This document shows positions 1 to 12,328 of a DNA stretch of 64,000 nucleotides, in pieces (positions within the stretch are counted from its first letter, which is position 1; every line of letters begins with the position of its first letter). The translations under genes and the position numbers were made by a program. A model generated the notes under the pieces. It was not told where the DNA came from. It worked only from the letters and a program-made list of their open reading frames with translations, and did no database searches. The stretch comes from Lama glama. Lineage: Eukaryota. The stretch spans positions 21,950,001-22,014,000 of the forward strand of contig CM052818.1 in assembly GCA_028534125.1 (NCBI GenBank), written 5' to 3'.

Positions 1-87
1 TCCAGACTTGTGAGAAATAAATGTTTGTTGTTTAAGCCACCAGCTTTTGGCATATTTTGTTATAGGAGCCGACACGGACGAAGATAA
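1..87 (+). mobile_element. 3' end of a MaLR (MLT1-type) LTR
   Basis: tgtgagaaataaatgtttgttgtttaagccacc...tattttgttatagg matches the MLT1 3' terminus. Confidence 0.75.
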
Positions 88-2094
88 CCTTTTCCCAAGA
101 GGACTGAAGAGAAAGAAATTCCATTCTAATCTGGAAAGTTCTTCCTTCTTTTGACCTAAATCTGACTTCTGGCAGGTTTAGGTCCTAATTTTGCCCTAAG
201 GAACAATACGTAAGTGACCCCTGCCTTTCTTACCTTCAGCCCTCACCTGCTGGAGCTCACTGTCATGGCTCCCTTTAGTATTTTCTTCTGCACATTGAAT
301 TTCCCTAGTTCCTCCTCTGTATAGCCTGGTTCTCAGAGATGCTTCCCCACCATAGTCAGCCTGTCCCCCATCTCCCACGTTGATGTGTTTTACAGAACCC
401 AGGGCCCAGAAGTAACCACTCACCCAGATGTGGTTACAACAGATGGAGCAGATTCCTTCTATTCTCACGTGCACCTATTTTCATGTCAGAATTTTATTTG
501 ACATAAAGAAGTTAGGGGGATAATATAGTGCTTCAAAGCCTGGTTTTTTAAAAACAGACTGGACTGGTACAAATGCAGGAAAAAAGACTGGAACTGAGCT
601 ATGGCTCTGCGGGACGTGTTTTATTAACGACCCACGTGGCTTTGAGATACGTATTTGGTAATATCTAGTAGAAGATTTGATCGGCCCTATGTGACTGCTG
701 GCAGATTCTCCATTTTGGGTCTCAACAACCTTACCAGGAAAATGGGAGTGTTAATTTGATGATATCTAAGCTTATTTGCTTATGATTTCTTCTGCTTTCT
801 TAGTGGCCCTGTGTTACTCAATACTGAGTGCAACTGCCGAGCTCTGTGACCTACAGATGCGTGGTTGGAACTGCAAGTCCACATTCTCCTCCAGCTCTAC
901 CTGGAGTGAGGAATTTGGCGAGGTGGCGGGGTGGGAAGAGGGAGGAGGGAGGCTAATCCATGGAGCCCAGGACCAAGAGACCCAGGGCAGCTAAGAGAGG
1001 CAGGACCAACGTCCCACATCTGAGCCAGGCTACACTGGAAATTAGGAGCAGAGGACAAAGGTCTTTTCCCCACTTCCCTTCTTACCTGTCTGTGCCAAGG
1101 CAGGGGACGCTCTTTATGGATGATGGTCTCCCTCTTCTATGTGCACTGCTGTTGGGGTGTCTCTCTCTTCTCCCCAGTGATATCTACTCACAGTGGCATT
1201 TATGAGAGGAGAGAGAGGGTCTCTAGCTGGGTAAGGAAGGGAGCCCTGACCATGCCCCAGAGGCGTCCTAGTGGCCATGTGCCCAGGAGAGCTGAGTCTG
1301 TTTTAACTCTGTCCATCCATCCTGGCCCCTCCACCCCAGTGGGACCCAGAATTTCCACTTTCTTGAGAGTAAAATTACCCTCAGTCCTTTCTTACAGGAC
1401 CAAACCCTACCACTTACAGAGGACTCCAGGAGACAGCACCGCCTTGCTTTTCACAGCTGCTCCGCGGTGATCTCTGACCCTGGGCTGTTCTCTGTTCACT
1501 GAGCTGATTCTTGCTTCAGTCTCCACATCTCTCTGACTCAGCCTCCGCCAGCCCTGGGCTCTCCCTCCTGCCTCCCATGTCCTCAATCCCTGAGTTGTGG
1601 AGCCTTTATGAAATCTTCTCTGATCTAATCTAATCTCCAACAAGCAGCCTCCTTTGCTGCTTTTTCTCTCTGACAAACCCGATTTATTTTGATATGTCGA
1701 CCTTTGGGCCGCTCAGACCGGGCCAGGCTGACCTTTTAGGGGAGCTCGGCTTTTGGGATGCTCAGGAACCCCCTCTCCTGAGGACTGTGTCAGCCTATTC
1801 TGCATCCCATTTGAGCCCATTCTTTTCTAAAAAGGACCTGGGAGGGCAGCCCGTGCTGTGACTAAAGCTGTGAACAGCTCTCCTTTCTTAGGATGTCTTT
1901 CACCCCTCCTGTCTGTCAGGTAAGAGCCAGGGGCCAGAGGCGGGTGACAACCTCAACCATCTGATGTTATCTGACTGATGTTTGATAGTCATTTAGACAC
2001 TAGACAAGCTGACAGAAGGGGTAAGACATGATGTATCATATCATGTTTGCTACACTGTAACCAAAATATATCATCATATCATATCATATCATTT

Positions 2095-2504
2095 TGTATT
2101 AGTTTGCTAGAGCTGCCATAACAAAATACTTCGGCCTGAATGGCTTACAAAACAGACATTTATTTGCTCACAGTTCTGGAGACAGGAAGTCCAAGATCAA
2201 GGTGTCAGCCTGTTAGGTTTCAGGTTTCCTCTGAGACCTCTCTCCTCAGTTTGCACACAGCCCTTTTGCTGCCTTTTCACATGGCCTTTACTCTGTGCAC
2301 GCACCTCTGGTGACCCTCTGTGTGTCCAAATCTCCTGCTCTTATAAGGACACCAGTCAGGTTGGATTAGGGGCCACCTGAACAGTTTCATTTCACTGTCA
2401 TCACCTCTTTAAAGACCCAATTTCCAATTACACCTACATTCTGAGGTTCTGGGGGTTATGCCTTTAATGTATGAATTCTAGGGGACACAGTTCAGCTGAT
2501 AACA
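2095..2504 (-). mobile_element. MaLR solo LTR (MLT1A-like)
   Basis: tgtattagtttgctagagctgccataacaaaata...cacagttctggag...gtccaagatcaaggtg...ggggacacagttcag...aaca. Confidence 0.85.
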
Positions 2505-2952
2505 ATATTGTCCCCTAATTCCATCATCGGCGTGCACTGAGGTCACAGCAAAGAGAGCTGTCTCAGATTTCGGCTAGATGTAGGAACGGTTCAGGCACAT
2601 CCCAAGTTCAGATCCTCAGGTGGAATCTCAGTGAGGGGTGAGGAGGAAGGAGAAAAGATGAAGGCAGGCAATCTAGAAATTGGAACATGCTTCCATTCAT
2701 TTGGGACCCTTTCTAGAATTGGGAGGTTAAACTAAATGATTTTTCAGTTTCAATATTAATTAATTCAATCAGCCATTCACTGAGCAAGCATTCACTGAAC
2801 CGCCAGACATGAGGAATCCAGAAGTAAATCAGCTGACGTTCTTGCCTCAAAGAGGACCTATAATGATGTCTGAATCCTGGGTTTAGGGTTTAGGTTGGAT
2901 GGGAGGAGGGCAGGAGCAACGAAAAGGAGTGTTAAGAATGCTATGAGACAGG

Positions 2953-4222
2953 TGAGGGAGATTAAGAGGTACACACTTCTAGTTGTAAAATAAATATATA
3001 AACAAATGAGACCTAATCAAACTTATAAGATTTTGCACAGCAAAAGAAACCATAAATAAAACAAAAAGACAACCTACAGACTGAGAAAAAATATTTTCAA
3101 ACGATGTGACCAAAAAGGGCTTAATTTCCAAAATATACAATATACAAGTAGCTCGCACAACTCAATAACAAAAAAATAAACAACCCAATCAAAAAATGGG
3201 CAGAAAACCTAAATAGACATTTCTGTAAAGAAGACATACAGATGGCCAACAGGTACATAAAAAAGATGCTCGATATCACTAATTAGTAGAGAAATGCAAA
3301 TCAAAACTACAAAGAGGCATCACCTCACACTGGTTAGAATGGCCATCATCAAAAAGTCCACAAATAATAAATGCTGGAGAAGATGCAGAGAAAAGGGAAT
3401 CTCCCTACACTGTTGGTGGGAATGTGAATTGGTGCAGTCACTATGGAGGACAGCATGGAGGTTCCTTAAAAAACTAAACAAACATACCATATGATCCAGC
3501 AATCCCATTCCTGGGCATATATCCAGAAAAGAGGAAAAGTCTAATTCTAAAAGATACATGCACCCCAATGATCACAGTGGCACTATTTACAATAGCCAAT
3601 ACATAGAAGCAAACTAAGTGTCCATCAACAGATGACTGGATAAAGAAGATGTGGTATATTTATACAATGGAATACTACTCAGCCACAAAAAAGAATAAAA
3701 TACTGTATTTGTAGCAACATGGGTAGACCTAGAGAATATCATACTATGTGAGATAAGTAAGACAGAGCTATTATATGATATCACTTTTATGTGGAATCTA
3801 AAAAGTAATACAAATGAACTTATTTACAAAACAGAAACAGACTTACAAACATAGAAAACAAATTTATGGTTACCAAAGGGGAGGTGGGGGAGGGATAAAT
3901 TGGAAGTAGGGTATTAATAGATGCACACTACCATATATAAAATAGATAAGCAACAAGGCTTTACTGGATAGCACAGGGAACTATATTCAATATCTTGTAA
4001 TATAGTACAATGGAACTAAAAAAAGAATATAGATATATACATATATATATATATACATATAATTGAATCACTTTGCTGTACACCTGAAACTAACAGTATT
4101 GTAAATCAACTATAAATCAATATAAATAAATAAATAAGCCACAGGAATGTAATGTACAGCATAGAGAACATAGTCAATAATACTGTAGTAACTTTGTATG
4201 GTGACAGATGGTAAGGAGACTT
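2953..4222 (+). mobile_element. Older L1 (L1MA-type) 3' UTR fragment, split into 2953-2996 and 4128-4222 by a younger L1
   Basis: The two halves rejoin as ...gaggtacacacttctagttgtaaaataaata|agccacaggaatgtaatgtacagc... Confidence 0.75.
2997..4127 (+). mobile_element. 5'-truncated LINE-1 (ORF2 C-terminus plus 3' UTR), defective
   Basis: ORF 3294..3494 ([24 protein letters not shown]) is L1 ORF2p C-terminal sequence. A-rich tail; TSD-like aaataaata at 2988 and 4128. Confidence 0.93.
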
Positions 4223-5959
4223 ATCTATCAAATTCAAAATTCAAAAAAAAGAATACCATGAGGCTTGAATGTTAGTGAAACCACAGACCTCAGCCCAAGG
4301 TAAGCACAGGCTTGTGCATTTCCCTCCTGGCCATTAGCAGTCCCCTCATTCTGCGCAGAAGCTCTGTTTGATAGAAGCTTGCATAAAGCAGGACCTCTGA
4401 GGTTTGGGACATCTGAGAGACCTTGCACTTTGAGTCAGTCTGAGGGAAGCTAGAGACATTTCTAAGTCCCACACCTGGGACAAACAGGTGGGAGGAGGGC
4501 ATGACTGGCACCACAGTGGTGACACCATGTCCACAAATCATGAAGTTCGGGATCCAGTGGGCTCCAACCTGGATCCCATTGCAACTGCAGGCAGGCAGGT
4601 AGTCGTTCCCAAACCAGACACCTCTTCCCCTCACCTCACACCAAGGATTGGTCTCACACCTGGTCACACCCTCCCTGGGGAGCCCACTAGATGCCTTTGG
4701 GATCTGCCCCTGAGTGTGTGGCTGCTGGAAGCTGGGCTGCCTGCACTACTTTCATCTAGAAGGTAAGCCTGCCATCTAGTGTCCAGGCACGGGCAGCGCA
4801 GGGCAAACATGCTTGCCTCGCACTGTGGGCTGCACTCAGCCTGCAGCATCTCGTTTGGCTGCCTTCCAGGAAGCCAGACTACTCTGCTTTCAGAGTGGAT
4901 TTGGTTTTTTAGAAAAAGCTAACAAGTCATGCTAAGCCAAATGGTTATTGGTAAGAATACAAAGAATAACATAGATTTTCCTCTGTGGTGTATAACCATC
5001 TAAAGGCAGGTAACTATTTTGAGGAATATATATGTTTTTAAAATTAGAATCTTAAAAATCTTGTTTTTTCAAACCCAACTATGTATACCACGGAATCCTA
5101 CTAAGGTACATTTTTACACAGAATTTAAAATACCTCTCCCCCCAGAAACGAGTGTTTGTGCCACTTTTTCCATGTAGGCTTGTCTTTTTAAAACAATGGT
5201 CTGTTTGATTTTTTCAGCTGCTGAGTAGAGAGCTGTCTATACAGCCTGATGGATCCCCAGCTCCCCTCAAGTCCTGGTCCCTCAGAGCTGAGTATTAAAC
5301 CTAGAACTGGGTCCTGTCCACAGGACTGTTCACCCTGGGGCTTTCTTCGGCAGACTTCGATGGGGGAAAGGGCTAATGGAGGGACACTAAGCAGGAGATT
5401 AGCTCTGCTCCTGTTTCTCAAAGAAGGTGTGGAGGCCAGTGCCCAAACCAGGGGAGGCAAAGGGCCCCAAGTGCATCTGAGGACACAGAGGAAGGACCAG
5501 AAAGTTAAAGCATCAGAGACTTAGACATTTCGTCCCTGGGGTCAGTGCTTGAAGGGCTGCTGCTTCCTTGAAGAGCAGGAGAGCCAGAGCCCCAGACTGA
5601 GCCTGACTAGGGGCGGAGAGGCCAAAGAGAGCCCTTCTCAGACTAGCAAAGCCAGTCCCTGGTGGTCAGGTCTTGAGAGGCCTTGAGCTCCCTGTGTTCT
5701 GGGAAAAGCCCCCCTGCAACTCCTAGAGCCCCCTTTTCCTGGAGCACGAGGTGGAGCCATCTCCTAGGATACTCAACTGACTTCAACGCGATCTGAGCAC
5801 AAAGGGTCACTTCAGTTGGGACAAGCCTGGAATTCAGGCCTGACCACCAAGTAGTCAGGAGAGTGAACCGATCTTTTTAAATATGGAACAAGGCCAGGAA
5901 AATAGGACCTTCACTTGGCCCTGAGCACCTGGCAATTCCATTATCTCCTTTGATCAGCC

Positions 5960-6930
5960 ATATTCTGGAGCTAGAAGAGTCCCAGCTAATAAATGCAGAG
6001 GAATAAAAGAATTTTTTTTAAATCACTAAAACTCCAAACAATACAATGGAACGAGGTAACAATTATCAATGGATGCTAAAATCATCAGGTGAAAGGTTAA
6101 TGGAACTTTGTGGGCTGACATTACCTAAACCCACTGATCAATTTTGGCATCATTAAAATTGAAACAACAAGGGGGGACGGTGTAGCTCAAGTAGTAGAGT
6201 GCCTACTTAGCATACACAAGGTCCTGGGTTCAATCCCCAGTACCCACTCCAAAACTAAACATACAAACTTAGTTACCTCTCCCCTTCCAAAACATAAAGC
6301 AAAAAAAGTTAAACAACAGGTACTATATGCCTCAAAGTAACAGCAACACACTGTAAAGTACTGGTGCCTAAAAATATTGATCTTGAATCTAATCGAGGCC
6401 CTGGATATAACTACCAGTTTACAGGAAATATGGAGGATAGAGGGACATGTTACCTGATTCCACAAGAAAGCAATCAGACAAATACAGAGCGCATGACATT
6501 ATACAGAACAAACTACCTAGTTCTTCCCCAAATCAATGGTAAGGGTGGACTGCTTCAGAATAAGAGACTGAAAAGACATGACCATATGCAATTCATGGAT
6601 TTTGAAAAAAACAACTATAAAAAGATGTCTGAGATAACCAAGGAATTTGAATATGAATTGGGTTTAGATGATACTGAGGAATTGTTAATTTTGTTAGGTA
6701 AATAATATTATGAAATGTAAAAAAAATCGTCAATTAGAGATACAAACTTAAATGTTTCTGGTGAAATGACAAGCTATCTAATATTTGTTTTAAAATAGAC
6801 CTGCAGGAAAAATGGGAGGGGTAAATAAAAAAGATTGTCAAAGTGCTGATAATTATTGCATCTAGGTGCTGGATACATGGAAGTTCTTTTTATTCTAATT
6901 TTGAGTATGTTTAGAAATTTCCATAATAAA
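5960..6930 (+). mobile_element. Ancient L1M (L1MC/ME-type) 3' UTR fragment hosting a SINE
   Basis: Degenerate motifs such as atttgaatatgaattggg..ttagatgatact and ggatacatggaagttc..tttagaaatttccataataaaa. Confidence 0.6.
6171..6310 (+). mobile_element. tRNA-derived camelid SINE (Vic-1-like)
   Basis: A box tagctcaagtag, B box ggttcaatccc, A-rich tail; TSD aaacaaca at 6162 and 6311. Confidence 0.88.
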
Positions 6931-7121
6931 AAAATATGCATACACACTGTGGTGCCTTCAACCCCCGTGCAGATCTCAGTTCATATCATATTATGCAAAA
7001 TTCAGCCTCAGTTTGGGGTCCGCAGAGGACATGTAGACTCATATAGAAGAGGCAAGGAATGCCCATGGGAAGTTTGTGAGCTCTTCCTTCAAACATTTTG
7101 GACTTAAAAAGACAATTGAAA

Positions 7122-7554
7122 ACAATGAGATACCACTATGTACCTATTAGAATGGCCAAAACTCAGAACACTGACAACATCAAATGATGGCAAGGATGTG
7201 GAGCAACAGGAATGCTCATTCATTGCTGGTGGAAATGCAAAATGGTACAGCCACACTGTATGATACTATAACGGTGGATACAAGCCATTATATATTTGCC
7301 CAAACCCATAGAATGTACAACACCAAGAGTGAACCCTACTGTAAACTATGGACTTTGGATGATAATGATGTGTCAGCATAGGTTCATCAGTTGTAACAAA
7401 TGTATACCTCTGGGGTGGGGGGTAGGCAGGGGAATGTTGATAATGGGGGGAGGTTATGCATGTGGTGGGAGAGGGGGTACATGGGAAATACCTGTACCTT
7501 CCACTTAGTTTTGCTGAGAACTGAAAATTGCTCTAAAATATAAAGTCTATTTTT
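7122..7554 (+). mobile_element. L1MC-type 3' fragment with an internal deletion
   Basis: ORF2 end (ggagcaacaggaatgctcattcattgctggtgg) joined to 3' UTR (gtgaaccctactgtaaactatggactttgg); TSD-like 15-mers at 7107 and 7555. Confidence 0.8.
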
Positions 7555-8105
7555 AAAAGATCATTGAAACGATCTTTTAAAAACTGTTCTACAGTCTCCA
7601 AAGTGGACAGAAGAATTCCATGTGAGAAGAATCTAACAGGCTATTTCTTGGCAGTGCTGGGGACTGCCTACTAACTTAGCCAAAATAACCAGCATCTCCC
7701 ACAGACAAACGTGCAAAGATGCCCTCAGGGCACATCACAAGCCAGAACACGGAGGAACACATGAACATGTATCCTGACACGCCCACAAGGTACAGACTAC
7801 GCACATGTATACTGACCCTGGCACAGACACTAGCGCAGCCACCAGGACGTGCACAAATGTCCAAGCACCCACAGGACATGAGAACACACTGCTTTCCAGA
7901 AAGTGCAGACATATAAATCCAAATTCAAACAAATGTAGTAGTACTGAATTTTTTTTTAATTTTCAAATTTTTCTAGTAGTACTGAGTATTAATGCATAGC
8001 TATATAGAGGGGAAAAGGCTTCAGAAATGAAAACAACTCCCAAACATCCATCCTAGTACTCCTGGAAGATCTCTTTTAATTTGAGGGTAGGTTTAAAATC
8101 GTGTT

Positions 8106-8197
8106 GGTGGTGGGGAACAGCTCAGTTTAGAGCACATGCTTAACAAGCACAAGGTCCTGAGTTCAATTGCTGGTACCTCTGTTAAAAATTAAAAAAA
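8106..8197 (+). mobile_element. Diverged Vic-1-like SINE
   Basis: cagctcag..tagagcacatgcttaac..aaggtcctgagttcaatt..tacctc plus A tail; homologous to the other copies. Confidence 0.8.
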
Positions 8198-8446
8198 GTC
8201 ATGTCTCCAAAAAAAAAAAATGTCAAAAGAAAAAAGATAGCATTTGGCTTTCTTGTGTTTAATTCTTCTCACACCACACATTTCTCTGGGAGACCTCATC
8301 TAATCTAAGCCTCATTCAGTGCCGGTGTACTGATCCCTCCCAATTCTCCCTCTCTAGCTCGTGCCTCTCTCCTAAGCCACAAACTTGCATTTCCAACTGC
8401 TTATTGAACTTATTTCCTCTTGGTAATTAAGATACAGGCCACTTTT

Positions 8447-8516
8447 TTTTAACATTTTTTATTGATTTATAATCATTTTACAATGTTGTGTCAAATTCCA
8501 GTGTTCAGCACAATTT
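8447..8516 (-). mobile_element. ~70-bp L1 3'-terminal stub
   Basis: Reverse complement matches the L1 terminus at 38812-38878; TSD caggccac(t/g)ttt at 8435 and 8517. Confidence 0.85.
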
Positions 8517-9013
8517 CAGGCCACGTTTATTTCTCTCTCATGTAACAATTCAGAGGTCGATGGCCCACGGCAAGCTGGATGGCTCTGTCATCCTCACCAT
8601 GTGCTTCTCATCTCTGAGCCTGAGGTGGCTGCTTCAGTGTGGTTATCTCTTAGCCAGTGGAAAGGAGAAATGAGTCAAGAGAGTTTATGCCCAGTCCTTC
8701 TAAGAGCAAGACACACATCACTTCTGTTCACATCCTAATGGCCAGAGTGTGGTCACATGGCCACTTTCTGCAAGGGAAGCTCGGAAGTGGAGTCTTTGGC
8801 TGAGCGGCCATGTGCCAGCTGACACTACCCTTACAGAAGAAGAGCAGCAAATTATTGGGGGATAATCGGAAGTCAGATGTTTCCCTGGGATACTTCAAAC
8901 TCAATAAGAATAGAAGTACACTCACCATCTTCTTGGACCCCTGTCCCATATCTATGCCTCCTCCTCCAATCCCCAGATTGACACATGACCTAACATTTAT
9001 CCAGCCACCTCGG

Positions 9014-9143
9014 TAGGTTTGCCAGCTTAAATACAGGATTCCTAGTTAAATTTGAATTTCAGATAAACAAGAAATCTTTTTTTTTGGTATCAGCATGTCC
9101 CAAAGAGTGTGTGTATTTTTATTTGCTAAATCTAGCAACCCTA
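9014..9143. mobile_element. MER53-like non-autonomous DNA transposon (MITE), internally deleted
   Basis: TIRs taggtttgccag ... ctagcaacccta; internal gttaaatttgaatttcagataaacaa. Confidence 0.75.
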
Positions 9144-9496
9144 CACCCAAGCCAGAGGCCTTGAAGCCATCCTGAATTCCTTCCTCTTTTTCCTTCCAAG
9201 TACTGCTGATTCTTTTCTATAATATTTCTTAATCTGTCCCCTCCTCTCCATCTCCACCACACCTTCCCTGGTGTGGACCATCACTCCCTCTCTCAAAGAC
9301 TCCTGTAATTGCTTCCCTCCTGGCCTTCCCAGTCTTGCCCCTTCTAATGCATGCTATGTGCACCAGGTAAACTGGTCTTTCTAAAAGGTAAACCTGACCA
9401 CATCACTCCCTTGCTTAAAATTCTTCCATTCCACTGCTCCCATGGCTTTCAGGATAAACTCATTAGTCAGGCTGATAAAAGTCCTTGATCCTTTGT

Positions 9497-9500
<4 letters not shown>

Positions 9501-9532
<32 letters not shown>
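9501..9532 (+). repeat. (TC)16 microsatellite
   Basis: Read directly. Confidence 0.97.
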
Positions 9533-9535
<3 letters not shown>

Positions 9536-12328
9536 CCATCTCTCTCAGCATCTAATCCATCATTCGATGCTGAGAGATGATCCAGCCACATCAAGCCTGT
9601 GGGAGCCCTATAAGAGTACCACTCTGTCCCTTTTGATCACGTATCTCCTCTATACAGCAAGAGCTTCTCATTCCTACCACCATCCCCACACACCCGATTC
9701 TCCTTTGCCTGCCTAAACCTCACTCGTTCTGAAAAACCCAGCTTACATGTCACTTTCTCCAAGAAGCCTTCCTAACATTATTTTTAAGCACATAGTTTTG
9801 CCCCCATAGCCCTTGACACACTGTTCTGTGATAGCTGACTGACTCGTATGTTTCCTCAACTACATTTTAAGTTCCTGCAGGGCATGAACTATGTCTTATT
9901 TATTTTGATACATTCAGAAACAGATACAGTAATCAGCATGAGTAAACAATAAATAGTTATTGGATGAACGATGGTTCTTTGGCTGAAAATGTTCCTACTC
10001 CCATCCCTGGCAAGTCCAGCAGGTCTCCATTGGACACCGCTCCATTTCCAGATGTGAATCTTTCGGCCTAAGCCTGTTGTGTCTTTATCCTCACTGAAAC
10101 TCTGGGCTTTGATCTCCATGGCTCATCCCATGATGAAAAAGCTTCCTGTCCACTCCATTACGCTCCTACCTAACGGATGTTGGACTAAAGAAATGACACC
10201 TTACCCAGTGAGGCCCTAGCCAGTTCCCCTCCCAAGCTGAGTTTCAGATCATGATTCCAGCTGACATGGGGCAGCTGTTAGATGAGAGTTTTCCTCCTGC
10301 CCTCCCAACCCCCACGATTTGCCCCTAGCCCTCCCTTACCCTGGGGGAAATCACTCCTCTTTTTTTTTTTTCCCGTTTTGTTTTCGGCCACATCAGTGTT
10401 TAGAAGGAGCAGGCAGCCATGCCTTGTTTGAGCTGTGATCTAACACCAGCTGACAGGTGGGTTTCGGGGGTGTCTCTGGGGCCGTGGCCTGTTTAGTGGA
10501 TTTACCACTCTAAACTCAATTACAGGAGACTTTCACGCTTCACAGGCAATTCCAGTCCCTTTTTGATAAAAACTCTGGTGAGTAAATAAGTCATGATGAT
10601 GATAGGGGCCTGCCATTTAATATTCATTGAAGTACACATGTTTGGAAATTGGAAGCAGAGTTTAATCCATTTTCATATTTATATCAACATGCAGCTTTAA
10701 AAAGAATCCCTCCTTTTCTCCAGCAATCTTGTCAATTTCTCATTTAAAATGATAAAGCTAAACTGGACATAATTTTTTTAATTTATAAATATCTGAAGTT
10801 ATAATTATTAAAGTGTGAGCTTCAGATCTGTTCACTTTCAACTCAGAACTAATTTCTGCTTTTCATTTGAACTCCTGGGAGAGGTAGGTAACAGACAAAT
10901 CAAATTCATTGCCCTTTCTGGCAGCTCGATTTTGGGGTTTAACTTTGCTACAGGAGCTCTGTGACTGTGGCCAACCCAAGTAATGTGAAAGCACCGGCTT
11001 TTAAGTAAAGGTAAGATTCACAAAATGTCAGTGTTCATGTTCACGAATAAAAGTCACAGGACCGTTCATTGAGGGAGACTTGAAACCTGGGGAGAAAGAG
11101 TTAATGCAGTGCAGGGTGTGGGGCACAGTGGTATTGCCCCCTCACTCCTGCTTCTTTTTTTTTTTTTAATGTGGATGAATGTTTAAGTATGGCGCTATGG
11201 TTGAAGGCATCTCTTTTAATAATGCAACACACAGCTTCCTGAGGGGACAGCAGTTGATTTGGAAACTGAATATGGTGCACTCTAAATTCTCCTCCCTGAG
11301 GAAGGCTGACTAACTGATAAGTGCCATGAGCTAGCATGGGGACTCATTCTGTCAAATCAACTTGCTGGAAAGGCCCCATGCGGAATCTTCTCCAGTCTCC
11401 AGGAGCTAATGTGAGCAGACACTTGTGACATTAGACAGTGCAGCAGGCCTGGCATCAAGGAAAAGTTTGCCATCCGCCGACAAGGTGGTCTTTAGATGAC
11501 AAGGATAAAGAAATCAGTGCAAATTTGTTAATGTAACAACTTGGAAAAGTATGCTTAAAAAAAAAAAGTCACCCTATGGGGAGCGAGGATCAAAAGACAA
11601 AGAAGGCAAGAAACAGTACTTGGAAGCTTTCTTTGGGCTTTTTTGCACCTTTGGGGCACTACCTCTGTCCCAGTCCTTACAGGCTGGGGTACCTTCAGTT
11701 AAGTGAGTGAGTCCCAAACTTTGTCATTCTATAAGCCACTGCTCCACTAACCAAAATCAAATAAAGTAAAAGAAAATAAGGAAAGGGAAAGAAGAGAAGA
11801 AAAAGGAGAATTCTTGTGCCCTCGCCTTCCTAGAGTAAATAACAGCTTTCCTATTTGAGATGGGTGATCACATGACTATCTCTAAGTGAGAATTCTTATC
11901 TGTAGGATTTTGGTGTATTAGTCCTGGAAGAAAACTGAAGTGACTATTCAAGGGAAGAGACAGGGTGATAAGAGGATGTTACCTGTGTGTCTGACACAAA
12001 ATATAAGTAGATGCCTAAAACTGTGTCAAGTATTTTAAGAATTAAACAGCATTTTAGGGAAAAAATGAAGTAATTGATATCAGACAAATGTGATTGTGTT
12101 ATCTGATTCAGAGAGGTGGTTTTTCCATCTTGGTTGGGTCAGTTTAATTAAAATGGCAATATGATATAGCCTACTTATCCCATTTTTAAATTAGAAAAAA
12201 AATGACATGCTTTTGAGTATGCTGTGCTACATCAGCTCTCCCATGGCAGCTGTGAGGGCACAGGTTCCAGAGAAAGACACCCTGAGTTCAGATCCTGGCT
12301 CTGACACTTAATAGTTTGTGATCTTTGG

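Larger units (their letters stand above)
8250..9970 (+). mobile_element. Fragmented L2 interrupted by an MLT1-type LTR (~8430-8870), an L1 stub and a MITE
   Basis: Pyrimidine-rich L2 motifs (catttccaactgc, catcctgaattccttcctct, catcactcccttgcttaaaa) and a 3' end aataaatagttattggatgaa. Confidence 0.65.

Noticed and set aside
776..1676. Cluster of 70-116 aa ORFs
   Set aside because: No homology recognised, no exon structure, and several have non-ATG starts.
2881..2898. Telomere-like gtttagggtttagg
   Set aside because: Only about two imperfect units; consistent with chance.
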